Shown here: positions 35,058 to 42,196 of the stretch, one piece after another
Numbering within the stretch: position 1 is the first letter of the stretch
Layout: the number at the start of each line of letters is the position of its first letter
DNA from: Solirubrobacterales bacterium
GTDB taxonomy: Bacteria > Actinomycetota > Thermoleophilia > Solirubrobacterales > 70-9
DNA length: 55,109 bases
Direction: 5' to 3'
Assembly: GCA_049684635.1 (NCBI GenBank)
Contig: JBAVGD010000002.1
Coordinates: forward strand, 1-55,109
The notes under the pieces: model-generated
What the model was told of the DNA's origin: nothing
Seen by the model: only the letters and a program-made list of their open reading frames with translations
Database searches by the model: none
Position numbers and translations under genes: made by a program

Positions 35058-35809
35058 CTGGCGGCCTCCAGCGCCTCTGCGACGAAGGTCTGGATCTGCC
35101 TCCAAGCCTCCTCGCTGTCGTAGAGCTCGACGGCGTCGGGCTCGAGAAAGGGGATGACCTGGTCGCGGAAGGCCGCGTAGGGCAATTCCATCGCACGGCT
35201 GGCGGCGCCGTTGAGGATCGCCGGATCCAAGGGCACGGCGGGAAGGGCACGGCGGCGCAGCAGGAGGTCGAGGTCGAAGACATCGCGGGCCTGGGTCTCG
35301 TTTCGGCCCTTGAGGGCGAGGATCTTCTGCTCCGCGGGCGTATCGCCGGCATAGTGCTGAACGCTGGGTGGGCGCAAGGCGTAGGGAGCGACCACGCCGG
35401 CGGGAATCGGGTTGAGTTCGAATTCGCCATCGCGATCCCGGGCGCTGAACTCGATCCGAGTCCGTACCGGATCGGGGAGGCCCGGAGCGGCAATCGCGAC
35501 CTTCCATCGCTGGGTCGTCTCGGCCAGCTTCGGGCTGGTGTGTTCGAGAACGGCTATTCCTCGTGTTCGCAACAGGAGCGGCAGCGGCCCAGAGTCGAGA
35601 ACAGCCTCGACATTCTCGTGGACCAGGTGGGGAGCCAGGTCGCGGGTGTCGAGGTCGATGTCCTCGGAGTAGCGGATGCTGCCGAAGAAGTAGCGCAGGT
35701 TGGCGCCGCCTTTGAGCACAAAGCGACTGACGTCGACTCGTCTTGAAAAGACGTCGAGAAACGCGATGTGGAACAACTCGATGGCCTGCGCTCTGGTTAG
35801 CGTTTCCAT
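35054..35809 (-). CDS. AbiEii/AbiGii-family nucleotidyltransferase toxin (type IV TA)
   Basis: FVLKGGANLRYFFGSIRYSEDIDLD matches the KGG..L....R.SeDiD nucleotidyltransferase motif. 251 aa. Confidence 0.8.
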   Translation of the reverse strand: METLTRAQAIELFHIAFLDVFSRRVDVSRFVLKGGANLRYFFGSIRYSEDIDLDTRDLAPHLVHENVEAVLDSGPLPLLLRTRGIAVLEHTSPKLAETTQRWKVAIAAPGLPDPVRTRIEFSARDRDGEFELNPIPAGVVAPYALRPPSVQHYAGDTPAEQKILALKGRNETQARDVFDLDLLLRRRALPAVPLDPAILNGAASRAMELPYAAFRDQVIPFLEPDAVELYDSEEAWRQIQTFVAEALEAAR

Positions 35810-35835
35810 GCGTCAAGAATACGCAAAAGAGAACT

Positions 35836-35848
35836 TATAAGGCGCTAA
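35836..35848. promoter_or_regulatory. AT-rich motif ATAAGGCGCTAA upstream of abiEii, shared with the fic upstream region
   Basis: The minus strand reads AATTTAGCGCCTTATAAG, 39 nt upstream of the abiEii ATG. Compare TTATTAGCGCCATTATGAG upstream of fic. Confidence 0.4.
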
Positions 35849-35943
35849 ATTGCAAACGTAAGTTCCCTTCGGTCACGGCCTTCGAGACCGCGAAGCGAGA
35901 GAACACGATTTCCCGATCAGTTCTGCAGCGCTGTTTCCCGCTC

Positions 35944-36987
35944 TCACATTCGCGTCCAACGAGCGCCTGCGCCCGACCCTTCCGGCTTGATCTGTCCGGA
36001 GTCGCGCAACTCCGTTAAGACGAGCCGAATCGTCGCGAGACTGATCCCGGGTAGCGCCCGCTCGACATCGCGTCGCCGAAAACGCGCGGGCGCCTCGTTG
36101 AGGATGTAGTCGCGAACCCTTTCCTGCTTGTTGCCAGACTGCTCGCCGGCGGCGGCAACCTTTTGCTCGAAGTCGTCATAGGCGGAAGCGAGAACGCGGG
36201 CCAGGTAGGTGATCCACGGCCAGACGTCGTGCTCTCCCTCGTGCCAGTTGCGCTGGGAGTCGTAAAGGGTCTTGTAGTAGGTGTTCTTCGACTCGAAGAT
36301 GCGTTGCTCGAGGCTGACGTAACGTGCGACCCGGTAGCTCTGGGCGAGTAGCTCGTAGGTGGTGAGCAGCCTGGCAAGGCGTCCGTTGCCATCTGCGACT
36401 GGGTGGATTGCGAGGAAATCCAGGACCATGGCGCCGATCAGGATCAGAGGGTGGGTTCGCCCCTCGGCCTTCGCCTCCCCGTAGCGGACGAGGAGCTCGC
36501 TCAGCGCGAACTCGGTTTCCTCGGGCGAGGTCGGAGTGAAGACGACCTCCTTGCGTCCGCTCTCATAGGAGACGATCAGGTTCTGATCGCTCTTGAGATG
36601 GCCGCCGTTGCCTTCGGTGTACTCAAAGAGCAAGCGGTGCAGGTGGAGGACGAAGGGAACACTGAGCTCCTCGTAGGTCTCCAGTCTCATCAGCATGTCA
36701 ATCGCATCCCGGTAGCCGGCGAACTCGCGCTCGTTTCGGTTGCGGTAGCGATGCGAACCCTCGGCGATGCGCTCGGCGCGGTCGTCGCCGACCACGACTC
36801 CCTCGATTGCGTTGGACGCGGTGATCGAGGCGATCCGAGCGTGCTCGGCGAGCTGGCTCAAGAGCTCGGGGCGCTGATCCTCAAAGAGGCGCTCCTGGCC
36901 CCTGCCGGTGTCGATCCGGGCGAGTACAGCCCCGAGCGCCCGGGGCTGGGATCCAAAGGACTTGTCGAGATCGAAGAAGCTCTGCAT
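35944..36987 (-). CDS. Fic-family protein (AMPylase-type) with an N-terminal inhibitory helix and a C-terminal wHTH
   Basis: Fic motif HPVADGNGRLARL (HxFx[D/E]GNGRxxR with F to V). Inhibitory motif TASNAIEG ([S/T]xxxE[G/N]). C-terminal RRDVERALPGISLATIRLVLTELRDSGQI. Confidence 0.9.
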   Translation of the reverse strand: MQSFFDLDKSFGSQPRALGAVLARIDTGRGQERLFEDQRPELLSQLAEHARIASITASNAIEGVVVGDDRAERIAEGSHRYRNRNEREFAGYRDAIDMLMRLETYEELSVPFVLHLHRLLFEYTEGNGGHLKSDQNLIVSYESGRKEVVFTPTSPEETEFALSELLVRYGEAKAEGRTHPLILIGAMVLDFLAIHPVADGNGRLARLLTTYELLAQSYRVARYVSLEQRIFESKNTYYKTLYDSQRNWHEGEHDVWPWITYLARVLASAYDDFEQKVAAAGEQSGNKQERVRDYILNEAPARFRRRDVERALPGISLATIRLVLTELRDSGQIKPEGSGAGARWTRM

Positions 36988-37002
36988 GGAGCTAATCGTC
37001 TC

Positions 37003-37034
37003 ATAATGGCGCTAATAAGGCGGGCAGTTAGCGC
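37003..37034. promoter_or_regulatory. inverted repeat GCGCTAA-N12-TTAGCGC including the shared ATAATGGCGCTAA motif, 16-47 nt upstream of fic
   Basis: cATAATGGCGCTAAtaaggcgggcagTTAGCGCaatt. A further CTAGCGC lies at 37048-37054. Confidence 0.4.
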
Positions 37035-37271
37035 AATTATCGGCCCACTAGCGCATCCCGAGCTGCAACCTCCCGGTGTGCTCGGTCGCTGGAGCGCCGA
37101 TGCCGATTCCCCCAGGTCACTAGCCCAACCTGCGCGCCGCTGGTCGCGGCGATCTGCCTGTTCTCGGGGTTTCCGAGCCCGGCGCCCTCGCGGCTAAAGC
37201 CAATTCGCGACTGGTCTTAACCTACGACGCTCGCCGCCTCCCGATTTTTGGCTCTAGGGAAGGGAAATAGA

Positions 37272-37343
37272 TGGGCACGGCTGGTTTCGAACCAGCGACC
37301 TCTCGCGTGTGAAGCGAGCGCTCTCCCACTGAGCTACGCGCCC
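37272..37343 (-). tRNA. tRNA-Val (anticodon CAC); CCA not encoded
   Basis: The reverse complement is GGGCGCGTAGCTCAGTGGGAGAGCGCTCGCTTCACACGCGAGAGGTCGCTGGTTCGAAACCAGCCGTGCCCA. It folds as a cloverleaf with anticodon loop TTCACAC. Confidence 0.9.
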
Positions 37344-37368
37344 TGGGGGGTCAGATCATACGGTGGCC

Positions 37369-38604
37369 TCACGCGTGGGCGAGGGCGTCGCCGGCCGGCC
37401 CCGGGGCTTGGGTCGAGCGTCGCAGCCACAGGCCCACGAACGGGAAGATCAGGGTCGAGAGCATCGCGGCTCCGATCAACCCCGCCGCCGTCGAGGTCCT
37501 CATGTGGCCGGTCTTCGTTGCGATCGTCGTGATCGCGACGACGAGGGGCAGCTCGGTTGCGGAGAAGAAGGCGAGGGCGGCGCGCTGGCGGGCATCGAGC
37601 ACCCGGCGGTAGAGCAGGAGCGCGGGCGTTCCGCGCACCACGAGGAAAAGGCCCACGAACATGACCAGCTTCAGCAGGGCCCCGACTGAGCCGAGGGCAT
37701 CCAGGTTGAAGGCAATGCCGCTGGTGACAAAGAAGAAGGGGACGAAGAAGCCAAACCCGACCGCAGTCAGCTTCGACTCGAAGACGGTCAGCTCGTGGCC
37801 CTTAAGCGCCATGCGGACGATCATCCCGGCGACGAAACCGCCCAGCAGGACGTCGAGCCCCAGCTTTCCGGCGAGCAGCACCAGCCCGAAGACGAGAACG
37901 ACGGTAATTCGCACGGCGAGCTGGCTGCTCGCCTCGAAGGTGCGCTCCAGGGCGGGCCAGCCGCGCCAGGCAAGCCGGACCGAGATCAGCGCCACCCCGA
38001 CCGCCAGCAGGACGAAGGCGAGCAGGATCGCCGCCTCGTGCAGTGGATGGTCCGTCGAGAGGAACAGCGTCACCAGCAGGATCGGCCCAAACTCGCCGGC
38101 GCCGCCGGCGGCCAGCAGGTAGCGGCCAAAGCCGGTCTTCAGCTCGCCACTGTCACGCAGGATCGGGATCAGCGTGCCGATCGCCGTCGTTGCCATCGCC
38201 GATCCGGTGTAGAGAAAGGAGAGGACGATCCCCGCCGCGGCGAGGGCCCCACCGATTGCGTACGCAAGCACGACCGAGAGCAGCCAGCCCCAGGCGCCGA
38301 GTCTCAGCGGCTTGCCCCTGATCCGCTCGAAGTCGATCTCGTAGCCGGCGAAGAAGAAGAGCATGCCGAGACCCAGGTTCGAGAAGAATTCGATGAAGCT
38401 GTCGGTGCCGGCAACGTCGAAGACCTGCGGGCCGACGAGGATTCCCAGCAGCAGCTCGACGACGACCACCGGCGGCACAAACCGGCCGGGGACGATCGCG
38501 ACGGTTGTGGCCGCCACAGCCGCGGCCAGGACGATGACGAAGAACGACTCTGTGTCGACGTGGATCAAGTCGATGCCGATCCTACGCGTGCAGGGTAGGA
38601 TCAA
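37369..38604 (-). CDS. cation:proton antiporter (CPA2/Kef-type membrane domain)
   Basis: VVVVELLLGILVGPQV..., about 12 TM segments, no KTN domain. The start is uncertain (TTG 38604 or TTG 38568), and 38604 would abut the SRP RNA 5' end. Confidence 0.8.
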   Translation of the reverse strand: MILPCTRRIGIDLIHVDTESFFVIVLAAAVAATTVAIVPGRFVPPVVVVELLLGILVGPQVFDVAGTDSFIEFFSNLGLGMLFFFAGYEIDFERIRGKPLRLGAWGWLLSVVLAYAIGGALAAAGIVLSFLYTGSAMATTAIGTLIPILRDSGELKTGFGRYLLAAGGAGEFGPILLVTLFLSTDHPLHEAAILLAFVLLAVGVALISVRLAWRGWPALERTFEASSQLAVRITVVLVFGLVLLAGKLGLDVLLGGFVAGMIVRMALKGHELTVFESKLTAVGFGFFVPFFFVTSGIAFNLDALGSVGALLKLVMFVGLFLVVRGTPALLLYRRVLDARQRAALAFFSATELPLVVAITTIATKTGHMRTSTAAGLIGAAMLSTLIFPFVGLWLRRSTQAPGPAGDALAHA

Positions 38605-38885
38605 CGACGGACCGTGCTAGGCGGGGAACCAGCGGTGCCCTGTAACCCGCAATCCGCTCTAGCGGGGCCGAATCCCGTTCCGAGGGGCTGGCCTTCGGGG
38701 TCAGTGCGCCGCGGGCGGCGTTGACGGCCGGGTCCTGCGCGACGTGGGCACGTGAATCAGGTCAGGTCCGGAAGGAAGCAGCCTTAAGCGGAAGCCGCGG
38801 GTGCCGCAGGGAAGCCCGGCCCGAGCCAAGCGCGGCGGACACGCCCGGGGGCCTTGCATCGGAGAACGGGGCGCACGGTCCATTT
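38605..38885 (+). ncRNA. ffs: signal recognition particle RNA, long (Bacillus-type, Alu domain + S domain) form
   Basis: Domain IV motif CAGGTCAGGTCCGGAAGGAAGCAGCC (38758-38783). Alu-domain stretch GGTGCCCTGTAACCCGCAATCCGCTCTAGCGGGGCCGAATCCC (38634-38676) is close to the B. subtilis scRNA as I recall it. Terminal helix GGACCGTGC (38609-38617) / GCACGGTCC (38873-38881). Ends are approximate, within about 5 nt. Confidence 0.8.
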
Positions 38886-38890
38886 CGTTT

Positions 38891-38928
38891 CCGCGTGGGA
38901 CTCGAGCCTGTCTCGGGCAACCACGCGG
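38891..38928. terminator. hairpin between ffs and the convergent ABC-2 operon
   Basis: CCGCGTGG...(inner CGAG-cctgt-CTCG)...CCACGCGG, preceded by ATTTCGTTT. Confidence 0.4.
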
Positions 38929-38950
38929 ACGCCCAGCGACATGCGGGTCC

Positions 38951-39718
38951 TCAGTCGATCAGCCGGGCGTACATGCGCCGCACGGCGATGCGCCAGGTGA
39001 GCAGGGCGAAGCCGGCGAGGAAGGCGAAGCGGGCAAGGTCGACTGCTTCGAAGCCGAAGGCGCCGCCGCGAACCAGTTCGACCAGCTGGTGCAGCGGGTT
39101 GAGCTGGGCGACGACCTGGAGGCCCTGCGGGAGTCCGTCGATCGGGAAGAAGGTGCCGGCGACGAGGAAGAGCGGCGTGACGAACAGGGCGGTGACGTAG
39201 TTGAACTGGTCGATCTTGGCGACCGTTGCGGCCATCGCCACGCCGAAGCCGGCAAAGCCGAGCGCGGTGACGAAGCAGAAGAGGGGGACCAGCAACATCC
39301 CCGGCGCCGGGTCGAGGCCGAAGGCGATCGTGACCAGCAGCGGAACGCAGCCATAGGTGCCGGAGCGGATGCCAATCCAGAGCATCTCGGCGCTGACCAG
39401 CTCCTCGACGTCGACCGGGGCGGCGAGGATCGCGTCGTAGGTGTTCTGGAAGCGGTGCTTGACGAACGTGCCGAACATGGCCGGCATGGCGCTGGAGAAG
39501 ATCACCGCCGTCGCGACCATCCCGGTGCCGACGAACTGGATGTAGGGCACGCCGTTCACTTCGTTCACCAGGGTTGCGCTCAGGCCCAGGCCAAAGGCGA
39601 GCAGGTAAACAATCGGTTCGAGCACACTGGAGAACGTCGTTCCCTTCCAGTAGGTGCGGAAGTTGGCGAGCTCGCGGCTCATGACGCCGGCGATCGCGGC
39701 CGGTTCCAGCCTCTTCAC
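38951..39718 (-). CDS. ABC-2 type exporter permease
   Basis: 255 aa, 6 TM segments, ABC-2/DrrB/NodJ-like pattern. Overlaps the ATPase stop by 4 nt. Confidence 0.8.
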   Translation of the reverse strand: MKRLEPAAIAGVMSRELANFRTYWKGTTFSSVLEPIVYLLAFGLGLSATLVNEVNGVPYIQFVGTGMVATAVIFSSAMPAMFGTFVKHRFQNTYDAILAAPVDVEELVSAEMLWIGIRSGTYGCVPLLVTIAFGLDPAPGMLLVPLFCFVTALGFAGFGVAMAATVAKIDQFNYVTALFVTPLFLVAGTFFPIDGLPQGLQVVAQLNPLHQLVELVRGGAFGFEAVDLARFAFLAGFALLTWRIAVRRMYARLID

Positions 39719-40605
39719 TCCGCCTCTTCTCCGGTCAGCATCACGAAGACGTCCTCGAGTGAGGCGGCGCGCACCACGGCATCGTCCGGAAGGGCGCCGT
39801 TGCGACTCCGCTCGGAGCCGACGATCGCGATTGCCGGCCCGGCCGGGCGAACGGTCAGCCCCTCGGATTCGGCAAGTGCCCGCACCTCGGCGAGACGGTC
39901 GGGTGGGCCGTAGACCTCCGCCGTCTGGCTGCCGGCGTGCTCCGCGATCAGCTCGGTTGGCCGGCCGCGGCTGATGATCTTGCCCGCCGCCATCAGGGCG
40001 ACTTCGTCGGCCAGGCGCTCCGCCTCCTCGATGTAGTGGGTCGACATCAGGATCGTCGTGCCGCGACTGCGCAGATTGTCGATCAGCGACCAGAGCTCGG
40101 TGCGGATCTGCGGATCGAGACCGACCGTCGGCTCGTCCAGGAGGATCAGTTTCGGTTCGTGGACCAGCCCGCGGGCGAGCAGGAGGCGCCGGCGCATGCC
40201 GCCGGAGAGCTCGTCGACGGCGTCGCGGCGGCGTCCCCGCAGCCGCGCCAGGTCGAGGGCACGGTCGACGGCGCCGCCAACGTCCTCGACCCGGTAAAGG
40301 CGAGCGAACACCGCCAGGTTGTCTTCGACCGTGACGTCGACGTCGAGGTTGTCGAGCTGGGGGACGACACCCATCTCGGCGCGGGCGGCCTTGGCGTCGC
40401 CCGGCAGCTCATGCCCGAGGACCCGCAGCTCGCCGGCGTCGGGGATCGCCTGTCCGGTCAGCAGGCGCATCGTCGTCGACTTGCCGGCACCGTTGGGACC
40501 GAGCAGGCCAAGGCAGATGCCCTCTGGCACTTCGAGGTCGAGCCCGTCCACCGCTGTGATCGGGCCGAACCGCTTCACCACACCGCGAAGCTCGATCGCC
40601 GCCAT
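39715..40605 (-). CDS. ABC exporter ATP-binding protein (DrrA/NodI-like)
   Basis: Walker A GPNGAGKST, signature LSGGMRRR, Walker B ILLDEP. Confidence 0.9.
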   Translation of the reverse strand: MAAIELRGVVKRFGPITAVDGLDLEVPEGICLGLLGPNGAGKSTTMRLLTGQAIPDAGELRVLGHELPGDAKAARAEMGVVPQLDNLDVDVTVEDNLAVFARLYRVEDVGGAVDRALDLARLRGRRRDAVDELSGGMRRRLLLARGLVHEPKLILLDEPTVGLDPQIRTELWSLIDNLRSRGTTILMSTHYIEEAERLADEVALMAAGKIISRGRPTELIAEHAGSQTAEVYGPPDRLAEVRALAESEGLTVRPAGPAIAIVGSERSRNGALPDDAVVRAASLEDVFVMLTGEEAE

Positions 40606-40698
40606 CCCCTGATGCTTTCATGGCGGTCTCCTCGGCTTACTGCGGCAGGGCCTTTCGGCTCTGAAATCCCCAGCCGGGAGGGTCTATCTATCCAGCCG

Positions 40699-42177
40699 TC
40701 AGCAGTGGCGGTAGAGGATCCAGGACTCGTTGCCGCCGACGCGACGGAAGCCAGGCGGGACCGATAGCGAGAAACGGGTCGGGTCGTTGGGATCGAGGAT
40801 GAAGTTGTGGATTACGAAGGCGCTGGCCGGCTTCAGGAAGTAGCCGCGGCGCGGAATCCCTTCCTCGCTGGCGCTAACCATCTGTGTCGGCTTCACGTCG
40901 AGGCCGAACGCCAGGCGGGGAATGGCGCGGTGGTTCGGCACCGCCACCGGACCGCAGAGCGGCTTGGCGAAGGCGCCCGCGTCGACGAGATCCGTGAGGT
41001 CGCGCTCGATCGTGCCCTGGTGGGTGAGGTCGCTCTTCACGGTCGAGTCGAGGTCCCACTGGTTCGGGGCCCAGATCACGAACATCGCGACGACGACGCC
41101 GGCGAAGATCTGCCAGCGCCGCCGCCAGGGATGCTCGCGTTCGAGCAGTCGCCAACCGAGCAGGGCGACGGCGACGAAGATCGACAGCACGGCGCCGCCG
41201 AGCATCGTGTAGCGGGCGATGATCGCGAGACCGGCGCAGGCGAGCAGGGCGAAGGCGCCGAGGGCAAGGACGGCCGCGGCGAGGCCGAGAGCGGCGCGGC
41301 GTCGCAGGAAGGCAAAGGCGAGCACGACGCCGCCCGCGGCGCCGACCATTCCCGGCCACTGCAGCACTTCCCCGAGCCGCCGCGGCCCGAAGAGGACGAG
41401 GTCGACCGGCCCGGTCTGGCGCTTCAACGATTCGACGGTTTCGCGCGTGCCGTTGAAGGAGTAGAGGGGATTGCCGGTGGTGGTCCAGTCGAACGCCGCC
41501 CACAGGAGGGGACCGGCGAGAGCCAGGGTGGCAAGCCATGTCAGTTCCCGCGGTGGCCGCTCTCCCCGCCAGCGGAGTCGCCACCGCGAATCGCCGGTGT
41601 TCAGCGGCTTGCGTTCGACGGCGATCGCGAGCCAGGCCCAGTAGGCGATCGAGAACAGCCACGCCTCGGGGCGCAGCAAGCCCGCCAGGGCTAGCAACGT
41701 CAGCACCGGCCATCCCGCCCGTGGTTTCCTCGACTCGATCACAAGCGCGCCGAGCGCAAGGGCGATGTAGGGGAGGTCGACATAGGCCCGCAGACCATTT
41801 GAGAGATAGGGCGCGCGGGTGAGGACGATCAGGGCCGCCACAGCGCCGATCGGGCGGTCGAACCACAGCGACCCCAGGCGGTAGACGAGGTAGCCGGTGA
41901 GTCCGAGGGCGATGTAGGCGACGACCATCGTCACGTCGATCGCGCCGTTGCCCAGCGGCGTCGTCACCAGGCCCAGCAGGTCGGCCAGTGGATGCGGAGT
42001 GGGGGGAAGGGCGGCACCGTAGTCGGGGCTCATTCCGTGCGCCAGTTCCCGCCCCCAAACCAGCGCGTAGATCGTGTCGTAATTGGGGAAGCCGGGCGGG
42101 AAGATCAGCAGCAGCGCCGCCACTGTCGCGGTGACCCAGGCGGCGGGCGTCAGCCACTTGTGAAGCCGGGATGGCAC
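40699..42177 (-). CDS. polytopic membrane protein, GT-C-like glycosyltransferase candidate
   Basis: 492 aa with more than 10 TM segments and an extracytoplasmic C-terminal domain. The overall layout resembles ArnT/PMT/DUF2029-type enzymes. No diagnostic motif was verified. Confidence 0.55.
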   Translation of the reverse strand: MPSRLHKWLTPAAWVTATVAALLLIFPPGFPNYDTIYALVWGRELAHGMSPDYGAALPPTPHPLADLLGLVTTPLGNGAIDVTMVVAYIALGLTGYLVYRLGSLWFDRPIGAVAALIVLTRAPYLSNGLRAYVDLPYIALALGALVIESRKPRAGWPVLTLLALAGLLRPEAWLFSIAYWAWLAIAVERKPLNTGDSRWRLRWRGERPPRELTWLATLALAGPLLWAAFDWTTTGNPLYSFNGTRETVESLKRQTGPVDLVLFGPRRLGEVLQWPGMVGAAGGVVLAFAFLRRRAALGLAAAVLALGAFALLACAGLAIIARYTMLGGAVLSIFVAVALLGWRLLEREHPWRRRWQIFAGVVVAMFVIWAPNQWDLDSTVKSDLTHQGTIERDLTDLVDAGAFAKPLCGPVAVPNHRAIPRLAFGLDVKPTQMVSASEEGIPRRGYFLKPASAFVIHNFILDPNDPTRFSLSVPPGFRRVGGNESWILYRHC

Positions 42178-42196
42178 CGCCGCAACCTACCGGCGG

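Noticed and set aside
35058-35816. Upstream 250 codons of the 463-aa ORF 34425..35816
   Set aside because: This is an alternative frame over the AbiEii gene with a Pro/Arg-rich translation. The real AbiEi-like gene starts at ATG 35057, coupled to the AbiEii stop.
36403-37197. 264-aa plus-strand ORF antisense to fic, including a possible 64-codon ORF from ATG 37006
   Set aside because: It is antisense to a gene with perfect Fic motifs. The part outside fic is Arg-rich and overlaps the operator-like repeats. There is no support for coding.
34277-37271. Classical integrase-borne genomic island inserted at tRNA-Val
   Set aside because: No integrase or recombinase gene is present. I could find no convincing direct repeat of the tRNA-Val 3' end; only a 7-nt CTGGTTT match near 34367. 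I keep it as a 'toxin islet' rather than a mobile element.
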